Notes under the pieces: model-generated
What the model was told of the DNA's origin: nothing
The model's database searches: none
What the model saw: only the letters and a program-made list of their open reading frames with translations
Program-made: the position numbers and the translations under genes
From: Macrostomum lignano
Taxonomy: Eukaryota
Reading direction: 5' to 3'
Length of the DNA: 64,000 nucleotides
Assembly (NCBI GenBank): GCA_002269645.1
Contig: NIVC01001326.1
Coordinates: forward strand, 181,708 to 245,707
Part shown: in pieces, positions 1-13,700 of the stretch
Layout: every line of letters begins with the position of its first letter
Numbering within the stretch: position 1 is the stretch's first letter

Positions 1-576
1 AGACTGAAATGCACTGCGCACTGATCGACGACTTAATTTCTGAAAAAATCGAGTTCTGTGGCTTAAATTCTACGTACTAAATTTTTACTCGTCTTCATTA
101 TTAAATAACCATGTTAAGATTCAAGTAACCTGCTCTGCTAAGTGTAGTATACTGTAAAAATGAAATTACAATTAACCTTTCAGATTTATAATGCACCATG
201 TTCTACACAGAAACCCATGGTTCCTTCTGGTTGATTTTGGAATAGCGAAAATTGACCCTTTAAAAGCTCACTGACCCCAACAAGTTTACTTGTAACATCT
301 ACATGTAGCTATTATATAATAGCTCGTACTATGTACATGTAAATGCCAAAATAAAAAACGTAGAAGCTGTTTTAGAGTTTAATAACTCGAGCTACTTCAC
401 ATTCTAATTATACATTTCATTAAAATGTTAAGCTTATAGTAGCTCCTATATTTATTAAAGAAGTCTCGGTACAAGAGAAAAAAGGATTGAAGAAATATTG
501 CAGTATAGCATTTTAGCCCGACATTGATAGCCTAAGTTATTGAAGGTTCGCCTAGTTTGATCAGATCGAAAGCGCA

Positions 577-2668
577 TCAAACTTGAATCATCATCCGAAA
601 CTCTTTCAAGGCCCTGAAGCCTTCTACAAAATACCACACAGCATAAGAAGCGGTTGTTGTTTGGCCGTAGTAGTAGTTACCATTGGGATTCGCATAGCTG
701 CAGCTGCTATATTTATGCCACCAGCCACCGTAGCCGCCCCAATTAACAGAACAGTGCGATGCAGAGTAGCCATCGTTATCAACATCGCGGGTTGAAAACT
801 TCTGACCTCTCGAGAGTTGCAGAGCGTCAAAGACCAAGCTTGATTTCGCTCTGACCATCGATCCGTACGACATCGTGTAGCTGGTGCTGGCGGAGCCAAC
901 AACGAAGTTCGAATATTCGGCGAACCATTCAGTGTTATTCCAAAGAAGAATTTCTACTCGCAACGCTGCAGTTCGAGAACTCGTCAGCCTGTGCATGGTG
1001 TCCAAACCTACAAAGAGTCAAATACACAAAATAACATGAATCAGGCCTAAACTGTTTCCTCGTTTAATAGCTATGCAAAATAAAAGTTACCAATCCAAAA
1101 GTTGATGTCATCACCGAATCCAGCCACATATTCCCGCCAGTATCGTTGAAACTGGCTGGTTCGACAGTTTCGTTGAAGCACGACTAAGAAACTTCTGTCG
1201 TCTCTGGTGACAGTTTTATTACTAAGAGCTTCCAGGTTCGATAAAGCAGCACGAACTGCTTGGCTGTTGACTGACATCCTGTCTTTCATTCTGAAAGCAA
1301 AGCGGCTCTGACTGGTGCGATATTCGCACTCGTCTTTGAGCGAAAACGAGCCGGACCATCGAATGCCCTTCCAGAAGTTGACCGGCTCAGACTGAAGAAT
1401 GGAGCTGAAAAACCAATCTAATTGTACAGTCACCGAATTAAAGTTAAGGCACTTCTAAAAATAACTCTTACATAAGCAAATCACACGATTCCAAAGCCCT
1501 ACAGTAAGCTCTCAGCTCCGCAGTCCGCCGGTCAACAGACAGTCTCAACGCCTCGAACCGCCACTGAGACAGCCTGCTGCTCACGTGGATGCTCGCGTGC
1601 CACAGCTTCATGAACTCCAGCGACTCGACTGACGCAGACCCGATCCGAGACCTCACCGCCGCGATCACGGACTCGTCTTCGATCAGAGCGGGCAGCCTCA
1701 CATAGTGGCTACGAGTGAGAAGTCTCTGAGCAGCTGGAAGCTCGGAGTCGGCACAGCAACGGTTCGATCACAAAGTGGCCTCTCTTGCCTCGTCTCTGGT
1801 GCACGTAGGCAGTGCAGTTGTCCAGCTGAACCACTCTGAACAGCTGGAGATCGGAGCAGGCTGGCAGAGCAGAGCTCCTGGGTCTCTGCAGCGACTCGAT
1901 TGGGAGGAACGGAGCGCGAGCGACGGTGACCGGGAAGGCGCGCTCGAAGGCGGCGCAGCCCTCGCCAGCTCGCATGCTGGCCACGAGACGGATGTTGTCG
2001 AATGGCTCCAAGCGGTCTCTCTCGAGGTTCATCCTGAACGACATTCGAACGATAACTTGAATTTGGCTTTCTACGAGCTAAATAGCATTCACCCTTAACT
2101 GTTATTCCATGCAAAATTATGAAACATACGCGAGGGACGGACACGCGAATTCGGCGCACATCAGCCGCAGGTGTCCAATGAACTCCGTCGGACCCCACAG
2201 AAATGAGGCCTTCGTAAACGCGAGGCTGTTCGAGCTGTTCATCCGAACGCTCGTCACCTCCAGAAACGACACCGACTTTGGCGACAGGTGGCTCAGCATC
2301 GACGCCGCCTCGGTCGCCAGAGTCTCGTCGGTCACGTTGACGGGGAAGCTGAAGTAGAACTCGTTGGTCAGCAGGTCGAAGTGGGCGCCGGGACTGCGCA
2401 GAGCGGCCGGCTCCGTGATGCAGAAGGTCGGCTCGAGCACGAAGCGACCGGCCTTGACGGCGCCCAGACGGTGCACGAAGACGGGACAGCCGCGGATCGA
2501 CAGGCTGGTAACGAAGGACATGGAAGGCAGCGAGCCGTTGCTGCAGGCGAACTCGATGCGTTGGGCCGGAGCTGGCAGCGAGTCGGCCGCGTCCTGCTCC
2601 GACGGGACTGCCGAAGCGCCGAGGCTGCAGAGCAGCAGCAGCTGAAGAAACTCTTGCAAATGACGCAT
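577..2668 (-). CDS. Secreted FReD gene, copy 1 (signal peptide, two 6-Cys repeat domains, fibrinogen C-terminal domain). Exons 2668-2130, 2033-1472, 1404-1091, 1007-577. Exon 2 is frameshifted as written.
   Basis: Signal-like MRHLQEFLQLLLLCSLGASA. FReD motifs QRNC..F.RYWREYVAGFGD..NFWIG|LDTMHRLT, FSTRDVDNDG, GGWW, NPNG and EFRMMIQV. GT-AG introns are phase 2/2/1, matching copies 2 and 3. Two single-base deletions versus copies 2 and 3 at ~1709 and ~1750. Confidence 0.85.
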
Positions 2669-3329
2669 TATGCTCTTCCGAGTGGATAATGAAAAAACCA
2701 GGTGGCAAAGTTAGTTATTAAATTAACAGCATTAAATTGTCTTTCAAACAAGCCCAGTGTGTTGCAGTCAACTGGTTTTGCATCGCGCGACTCTTCTGTG
2801 CTGATGCTATCGGAGTGGCAGTCTGCGGAATTCACCTTTGACTCTGTGCGGTCTGGTAGACAGCATCAGATAACAGCCCGTGTGAGGGACAGAAGTTTGT
2901 TCGAGTTCTCCATAGTAAGTGCAATGATAACGGATCTCGTGACTGGACATTGCACCCATAAAATTTGCACCAAGACAAGTTTGCGATTTAAGCATGCACC
3001 AGAAATATACAGGCAGTTAGTCAAGGTGGTCTGGATTCTAAACAAATCTAGAAAAGCATAGTTTACGAGTAAACAGTTTATGCATAAACATTGTTAAGTT
3101 TACATAGCAGTCATATCTAGCTTTTCTGGTATTTTTCTCTCATGATTCCACAAGAATTAAGCTAATGCATAGGGCAGTAATTTATATATCACTTGGTAAT
3201 TATTGGAGCAGTTTTCAGAATATTTGAGCGAGTGTTTAAAAATACCTTTGATAAGTGAATTTTGATGAGCATACGAGTAAATATTTGCAGGAGGGCTGCA
3301 ATGCAGAGGGCTGAACCCTGGTGCAACGC

Positions 3330-3575
3330 TTTCGGCGACATGGTGTCAAAACCAGCGCTGAGGCAGACACTCGCACACACGCTCACACAGGGTGTACAGC
3401 GGCCCTGACCTTCGAATCGGCAGGCATGTACACTCTCTGCGCCTTGGAGGTTGGCCCTCGTAGGTGTGAATCGCCCGCCTCCCCGCCCCAAATGAATGCG
3501 GCCGCGCATAGAATCGAACAGGCGTCGTAGCGCGAGTCAGACAGGCACGTTTACCGCTGGGCTGCTCTGCACTCT
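3330..3575 (-). mobile_element. tRNA-derived SINE, diverged copy
   Basis: On the minus strand, A-box-like CAGCCCAGCGG (3564-3554) and B-box-like TGTTCGATTCT (3520-3510), 33 nt apart. The body shares GAGGGCCAAC, AGTGTACATGCC and GCCGCTGTACAC..TGTGTGAGCGTGTG with the 20.9 kb copy. Confidence 0.7.
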
Positions 3576-3635
3576 CAATTTCGATCGAAGACTTCTTTAG
3601 GCTTTGTGGCACAATCTGTTGCAATCAGATTCCGC

Positions 3636-3922
3636 AAGAATATACTCAACAACATCGAACAGTCGCGCCATCACAGAAGATTCCGTCTGTGGTTGTCACT
3701 TTTGAGAGTGCAGGTAAAGTCTCTCAATCTTTGCGAGTGACGCAACTTTGCTACGCCACGGCAGACTTTGGTTGAGGAATGAAGTAGGGGGGGGGGCGGT
3801 GTGGGAGGGTTGGACGGATTAAAGCTGCCCCGATCAGTTTTCTCGGATCTCTTATTTCAAAATAGTCCAAGAGACATTGCTCACTGTTGCATGGAGTGGC
3901 GACTTTTCAATGTTGCTGAGTA
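3636..3922. repeat. ~280-bp dispersed repeat, second copy at 8936-9203
   Basis: Shared blocks such as CATCACAGAAGATTCCGTCTGTGGTTG, GTCTCTCAATCTTTGCGAGTGACGCA and GGCGACTTTTCAATGTTGCT occur in the same order and orientation. Confidence 0.85.
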
Positions 3923-4382
3923 TAATTAAATAAGAAAGGATTTAAGAAATGAATACTTGGAAAGGTGGGTCATTTTTTTACTTCGAGCTGCTCTTCTTTT
4001 AAACTGAGTACAACAGACTGCAGCTGCTCACGAAAGTTGCCAGTGTGATGTAACTGACTTTTCTACAAGCACTTAGCATCAGATCACTAACTCGTTCATG
4101 AACCAACGAATAATCAACACGAAGCGAATAATCAGATTTATAAAACTCATACACAGAAGACTAAAAAAGTTCTTTTTCGTAGAAACAGAAGGATCAAGAA
4201 AATGTTTGAAGCAACAAACAAAACTGAGCTATGGGGCTATTTTGCTTGCATTGTCTCCATTAATTATTATTGTTATTAGCGTGCAGGAACACGAGAGCTT
4301 TTATAAATTCAATGTTGGCGCAACGAAGATTGCGTAACCCGAATGTTATTAACATCAATTGCTGTCTAAAAAAACTGACGTT

Positions 4383-6633
4383 TCATATCTGCACCATCAT
4401 TCTAAACTCTTTAGCAGCTTTGTAGCTTTCCTTAAATTGCCAACCGGATATCGTTGTGGCTCTCGAGTCACCGTAGTTATAGACGCCGTTCGGGTTGGTG
4501 TGTCCGCAGGCTGCGTACCACCAGCCGCCGTAGCCGCCCCATTTTGTTGAGCAGTAGTTAGCAGTTGAATGGCCGTCGTTGTCTCTGTCTCGTGTGGAGA
4601 ACTTGGTGCCGTTTGAAGACGCCAGGGCGTCATACACGAGGCTGGACTGCTCCCGAAGCATGCTGCTGTACTTCATTGTGTACAGCCTCGCCGCGTTGCC
4701 AACAGAGAAGCCGGAGTACTCAGCAAACCACTCGGTGTCATTCCATAGCAGCATCTCAACACGCATTCGAACGCTCTGCGGACTGGTGAGCCAATGCAGA
4801 GTTTCCAAACCTGTAACAGATCAACAATAGGTTGCTGCAGTGTAGTACCATGTACTCGTAATGCTGACTGTCTAGTACAAAGAAAGAGCCTTAACTAAGA
4901 GGCTACCATTTTCGAGCCTTCAGAATATCCGAAAAGTATAACAAGTCCATCCTTGTAGTTACCTAATTTAGCTCGTAACTACGGCTACTAATTCTGTGCA
5001 GTAGTAACGGTGTTCATCTATTGTCAAGACGGCAGCCTTACCTATCCAAAAGTTGTGCTCGTCACCAAAGCCAGACACATATTCACTCCAGAAGCGGTTG
5101 AAATTGCTGCTTCTGCAACCACGCTGAAGCACAATAACGAAATGCCGATTGTTTCGCACCACCGTCTTGTTCCTCAGACTATCAACTTTCTGGCCAATTG
5201 CAGTTGACACTTGGCCTTCACCGCCAGACCGTTCCTTCATCCTGAAAACAAACCGAAGCTTTTCGGATCGGAGTTCGCAGTTGTCTTCCAACAAAAATTT
5301 CGCAGTCCACTGGACGCCTTTCCAGAAGTTCACTGGCTCTGATTTAAAAATTGATCTGGAAAGAATGAGAGAGTTTTTTCTGCATCTATTAGAGAGAAAA
5401 AATCCTAAAAAACCTGATTCAGCAGCCAAACATACACTAGCAACTCGCATGACTTTCGCGTATTGCAGTAAGCTCTCAGCTCCGCAGTCCGCCGGTCAAC
5501 AGACAGTCTCAACGCCTCGAACCGCCACTGAGACAGCCTGCTGCTCACGTGGATGCTCGCGTGCCACAGCTTCATGAACTCCAGCGACTCGACTGACGCA
5601 GACCCGATCCGAGACCTCACCGCCGCGATCACGGACTCGTCTTCGATCAGAGCGGGCAGCCTCACATAGTGGCTACCGAGTGAGAAGTCTCTGAGCAGCT
5701 GGAAGCTCGGAGTCGGGCACAGCAACGGTTCGATCACAAAGTGGCCTCTCTTGCCTCGTCTCTGGTGCACGTAGGCAGTGCAGTTGTCCAGCTGAACCAC
5801 TCTGAACAGCTGGAGATCGGAGCAGGCTGGCAGAGCAGAGCTCCTGGGTCTCTGCAGCGACTCGATTGGGAGGAACGGAGCGCGAGCGACGGTGACCGGG
5901 AAGGCGCGCTCGAAGGCGGCGCAGCCCTCGCCAGCTCGCATGCTGGCCACGAGACGGATGTTGTCGAATGGCTCCAAGCGGTCTCTCTCGAGGTTCATCC
6001 TGAACGACATTCGAACGACAACTTGAATTTGGCTTTTTACGAGCTAAATAGCATTTTTTCCCTTAACTAATATTTCACACACAATTATGAAACATACGCG
6101 AGGGACGGACACGCGAATTCGGCGCACATCAGCCGCAGGTGTCCAATGAACTCCGTCGGACCCCACAGAAATGAGGCCTTCGTAAACGCGAGGCTGTTCG
6201 AGCTGTTCATTCGAACGCTCGTCACCTCCAGAAACGACACCGACTTTGGCGACAGGTGGCTCAGCATCGACGCCGCCTCGGTCTCCAGAGTCTCGTCGGT
6301 CACGTTGACGGGGAAGCTGAAGTAGAACTCGTTGGTCAGCAGGTCGAAGTGGGCGCCGGGACTGCGCAGAGCGGCCGGCTCCGTGATGCAGAAGGTCGGC
6401 TCGAGCACGAAGCGACCGGCCTTGACGGCGCCCAGACGGTGCACGAAGACGGGACAGCCGCGGATCGACAGGCTAGTAACGAAGGACATGGAAGGCAGCG
6501 AGCCGTTGCTGCAGGCGAACTCGATGCGTTGGGCCGGAGCTGGCAGCGAGTCGGCCGCGTCCTGCTCCGACGGGACTGCCGAAGCGCCGAGGCTGCAGAG
6601 CAGCAGCAGCTGAAGAAACTCCTGCAGACGCAT
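4383..6633 (-). CDS. Secreted FReD gene, copy 2. Exons 6633-6098, 5999-5436, 5355-5042, 4810-4383.
   Basis: Continuous frame across GT-AG junctions (CTCGC|GTATGT..TTCAG|G; CTAGT|GTATG..CCAG|A; ATAG|GTAAGG..ACAG|G). FReD motifs WSEYVSGFGD, FSTRDRDNDG, GGWWY, NPNG. Confidence 0.9.
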
Positions 6634-7734
6634 TTAGTTTTCTTGCGCAATAATATCTGAATTAGTCTTGATTCAGATAGTGTCGCAGAACAGTGAACTT
6701 AAATTTGTCTGAACGAAACCTTTAATTTACTTTTCATCACTTACCCTCGAAACGATTCTGTTTCTTGCAAAAAGCATCGCTGCTGCAAATTGTGGCCCAA
6801 TCCTGCGGCTGATTGGCACCATCAGATTGGTATTGTAAAATGTAAACAACACGTTTGTTATCGTGTGTAGGCTGTGACTTCAGGGCCCCACAGCTGCAAT
6901 TGCAGCAGGAGGATAAGAGAGTTCTGACAATTACAGAATTTTTGTTCATTTTCGTTTGCCTATCAGCAGATGAAAATATCTCTGCACTCTAATGTCTAAT
7001 TGACGTGCTTTGAGTGCTGTCAGAAGCGCAATATGAAGGCCAACGAACAGGAGAGAAAATTATAAACAGATTAAATCGCTGTTAATACGCTCGTAAGCTT
7101 CTAAGTGCCAAAGTACTTAGTAGGGAGTTTCTGTGACATGTGACACGATGAAAAGACAGGAGATTATCAGCTCCTATGCTTTCGGCTTGTTAGCCTGAGG
7201 CAAGCGTCTGAAGCATGTATGAAGCAAGAACGTGCTTGTCTGGGGTGCAGTCACACGAATTTTTAAGTGCTTCGAAAATATTAGCTTTTTGCATGGCGCC
7301 GAATGGAGCTTTCGCCATGGACGAATTCGGTCGAGAATAATTAGTCCATAAAAATACACTAAAGAGACAGGAACTTGTTTTCTGGCTGGTCTTCGTTAGA
7401 ATTTCAGGAAAAATAGCTTCATAAACTCGTGGGTACGACTCGGTAAAAACGCATTTTTACTTCGTTTGCAATTCAGAAGGAATTCAGTGCTGAAAAACTG
7501 GAAACTTCTCATCTTGCTAAAGCATATCGAAGCGAAATCCTCATGATTTTGCGACTGCAACATCCTGCTTTAGATATCCATGCGTGATGATGCCCACTCT
7601 CTATCTATCCCGGTCTAAGAGTAGCCAATTACGAGCTATAGTCTATGGCCAAACCATCTTTAGCACCAATGACTGGCATGGGTTGGCTCTTGACTTTGGA
7701 TACGCTGTTTTGCATGAGAAGCATGCAGGCATGG

Positions 7735-7945
7735 AGGGAGCCGTACCTAGTCGTCCAGCGAGGCGCTCTTATGTGCCAGCGGCCCAAGCTCGATTCCAAT
7801 TGAAAATCACAACAATTCGGGGTTAAATTTGAATCTCGGCTTGGCTCTGCTCGTGCAATTAACGCCCGAGGGCCATTGAGGGCCAACACCCAAGACAGTG
7901 AAGTGTACATGCTTACGTATCCGCACCTTATGTGCCTGCTCAGGG
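7735..7945 (+). mobile_element. tRNA-derived SINE copy
   Basis: GGCGCTCTTATGTGCCAGCGGCCCAAGCTCGATTCCAA and the downstream body (TTAACGCCC..TTGAGGGCCAAC..CAGTGAAGTGTACATGC) are nearly collinear with 20925-21070. B-box-like AGCTCGATTCC at 7787-7797. Confidence 0.75.
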
Positions 7946-8389
7946 GAGTCGGCGGAACGGGTAGTGATGCCGCTCCCCAGTTGAGTAACAATTTCGCTTG
8001 AAGTACCCCTACCTCTAATAAATAATTCAGGCATAGAGGCTCCAGTTGATTTTTAAGGGTAAAATCTTTTTTCAAATCGTAAGAACAAATATTGTCTCCG
8101 ACGAGTATCTAGTACCTGACGCATGCCCAATTTTCAATGATATAAGTCACGTACATACAGTACTAATAGAAGGCTATGAATATTAAATATTCGACGTGAA
8201 AAAATCATCTATTAATTAGCAAGGTTAAGGGTCATAGGATTAATTTTATTGCTGACAGCAATCATAACGTTATTATAACAAAAAAGTATGAGCGTTTCGG
8301 CACTGTTTCTTAGAAAACATTTCACTCGAGCTTTGTGATCTGAAGTTGAGTGGACAAAGCAATCTTAAGCTTCAATCTTTAGCTTTTAA

Positions 8390-10854
8390 CTATATCTGAA
8401 CCATCATGCGAAACTCCTTCAGAGTTCTATAGCCCTCCTTGAAACTCCAAGTTGAGTAACCGGTGCTTGTTGACTGGGCGAAGTGATAAATCCCGTTCGG
8501 GTTGGCGTGACCGCAGTTGCTGTACCACCATCCACCGTTGCCGCCCCATGAACGTGAGCAATAGTGGCGCGAAGAATAACCATGGTTATCCTTATCCCTA
8601 GCGGAGAAGGGAGAGCCTTTAACCGAGCTGAGCGCATCAAAGACTAAGCTGGACCTCGACGGGATCATCTGCAAGTACCGCATGCGGTAATTGTTGCTGG
8701 CATTGTCAACGGAGAATCCAGAGTACTCGGCGAACCACTCGGTCTCGTTCCAGAGCAGCAGCTCCACCCGCATGAGGGTGCCCTTCCGGCCGGTCAGGCT
8801 GTGAAGAATGTCCAGGCCTGGAATTGGCGCAGATTAAATTCTGCACACTTTAGTCACGGAATTCTGCGGTTTGACCCGAGGTCTGGGACTCTGGTTGCTG
8901 GATTCACACAGCTAGAGCCAACCCACAAAGCGGCATATACTCAGCAACATCGAAAGTCGCCATCACAGAAGATTCCGTCTGTGGTTGCCACTTTTGAGAG
9001 TGCAAGTACAGTCTCTCAATCTTTGCGAGTGACGCAGCTTAGCTACGCCGAGGCAGACTTGAGTTGAGAAATGAAGTGGGGGGAGCGGTGTGCGAGGATT
9101 GGACTGATTAAAGCCACCCCGATCAGTTTTCTCAATTTCAGAATAGTCCAAGAGAAACTGCTCACTGGCATATAGAATGGCGACTTTTCAATGTTGCTAA
9201 GTAAATACACTACCTTCCACCGGACCTAAAACACCTGAAAATCAAAAACCATGCCATCACCTATCCAAAAATTGCTCTCATCGCCAAAGCCAGCCACGTA
9301 TTCCCGCCAGGTGCGCTGAAAATTGCTGGCCCTGCAGCCGCGCTGGTTAATAATGATGAAAGTGCGCCCGTCCCGCAAGACGGTGCGGTCTCGCAGATCC
9401 TGCGCATTCCATCGGCCGTCATTTCGCCGTGTCTTCAGCGCTGGGCCTCCCGGCGGTCGGTCTCGCATGCGCAGTGCGAATCGGCGCTGCTGGGTGCGGA
9501 AATAGCACTGGTCGTCCAGCAAGGAGACTGCGGTCCACTGGATGTTCTTCCAGAAGTTCACCGGCTCAGAGATCAGCACGAGGCTACAATCGGAGTTTGC
9601 TGCTTGACTTCTTAAAATTTAGCTAATCAAAGAACAGTCTAAAAGCAAAGGAGCACTAAAGTTAGACCCACCCAAGTGCATCGCAAGATGATTGAGTACT
9701 GCAGTAAGCTCTCAGCTCCGCAGTCCGCCGGTCAACAGACAGTCTCAACGCCTCGAACCGCCACTGAGACAGCCTGCTGCTCACGTGGATGCTCGCGTGC
9801 CACAGCTTCATGAACTCCAGCGACTCGACTGACGCAGACCCGATCCGAGACCTCACCGCCGCGATCACGGACTCGTCTTCGATCAGAGCGGGCAGCCTCA
9901 CATAGTGGCTACCGAGTGAGAAGTCTCTGAGCAGCTGGAAGCTCGGAGTCGGGCACAGCAATGGTTCGATCACAAAGTGGCCTCTCTTGCCTCGTCTCTG
10001 GTGCACGTAGGCAGTGCAGTTGTCCAGCTGAACCACTCTGAACAGCTGGAGATCGGAGCAGGCTGGCAGAGCAGAGCTCCTGGGTCTCTGCAGCGACTCG
10101 ATTGGGAGGAACGGAGCGCGAGCGACGGTGACCGGGAAGGCGCGCTCGAAGGCGGCGCAGCCCTCTGCAGCTCGCATGCTGGCCACGAGGCGGATGTTGT
10201 GGAACACTTCCGTCTGTCCTTTTGCCAGGTAAAGCCTAAACATTAAGTACAGTACGGTGTTAAACAATCCAAAAAGCATCTACTGAATCACTTTAAAACT
10301 GAAGATCACCACCTGTATATTTACTTTAGAGATTGGCAGACAAGCCCAGAACACACCAGCCGCAGGTGTCCAATGAACTCCGTCGGACCCCACAGAAATG
10401 AGGCCTTCGTGAACGCGAGGCTGTTCGAGCTGTTCATCCGAACGCTCGTCACCTCCAGAAACGACACCGACTTTGGCGACAGGTGGCTCAGCATCGACGC
10501 CGCCTCGGTCGCCAGAGTCTCGTCGGTCACGTTGACGGGGAAGCTGAAGTAGAACTCGTTGGTCAGCAGGTCGAAGTGGGCGCCGGGACTGCGCAGAGCG
10601 GCCGGCTCCGTGATGCAGAAGGTCGGCTCGAGCACGAAGCGACCGGCCTTGACGGCGCCCAGACGGTGCACGAAGACGGGGCAGCCGCGGATCGACAGGC
10701 TGGTAACGAAGGACATGGAAGACAGCGAGCCGTTGCTGCAGGCGAAGATGTCTTCTGTCAGTAGATTGGACACATTCAGAAGCTGTTTGGCTGAGGACCC
10801 TTGGCACAGTCCGACGCTGCACAAAAGCAGCATTAGAAATAATTTGAAGTGCAT
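8390..10854 (-). CDS. Secreted FReD gene, copy 3. Exons 10854-10325, 10235-9672, 9583-9261, 8817-8390.
   Basis: Signal-like MHFKLFLMLLLCSVGLCQG. Same intron positions and phases as copies 1 and 2. FReD motifs WREYVAGFGD, FSARDKDNHG, GGWWY, NPNG. Confidence 0.9.
8936..9203. repeat. ~270-bp dispersed repeat in intron 3 of FReD copy 3 (partner at 3636-3922)
   Basis: Direct visual alignment to 3636-3922. Confidence 0.85.
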
Positions 10855-11604
10855 CGTCAATTCCGTTAGAGAAACCCAATGATAACCGAAGTCTTTGGTT
10901 GCGAACGATGTCTTATACGTCTCCCCGGTGTCCAGGCCTCGCTGGATACTGAATTATCTGCCATGGCATCTACGGTGTATGCTTTTGTTTATGCGGTCTT
11001 GTCAGAAATTTCGTCTGACGGAGAGAGTTCGTTATTTCACTTAGACAAACTCGACTTTAGGGATGCAGGTATACGCGGCCTACTAACGAGTAGTAAGAAA
11101 TGAATGAGTAACGACCTAACAGTGCGGGCAAAAATATTACGCAGTGATCGTTAATCTTTGAATGTGGGCTCATGGTTTACGTCCTAGCAGCCCAGCGGTT
11201 AAAGCCAACTGAAAAAGAGCAAGAGTCCCGTTATTGTTGGACACACATGTAGGCTATAGAAAAAAAGCTTCTGAAACTTGATGGAACGCTAGTTTTTTTT
11301 AACTAGTCCCAGAACAATTGGGACTTTCTGAAAAAACAAGACAGTAACACAGCAAATAAGGTTTTATTTCAAATTTAATACACTTGTTTCGACACACAAA
11401 AATGCGTACAATTAATTGTATTTGACGTATCTGAAGAGAAGTTCAAAGAAGCAAAGAAACTACCGAAGCAAAAAACAAAGGAAAGAGACAACCAAAATCG
11501 CGGAGACATGTTCGACTACAACATATGAGAAGTTAATAAAAAATGATTCTGGATAAAAACAGTTCGTCACAGCTTCATCAGTTCTTAACCAACAAGAATC
11601 GGCC

Positions 11605-13700
<2,096 letters not shown>

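Noticed and set aside
1698-2708. Overlapping alternative-frame and antisense ORFs over FReD exons, also seen over BBS9, CCDC87 and CHAF1A
   Set aside because: These are expected shadows of GC-rich codon usage. Their apparent conservation among FReD copies only reflects nucleotide identity of the tracts.
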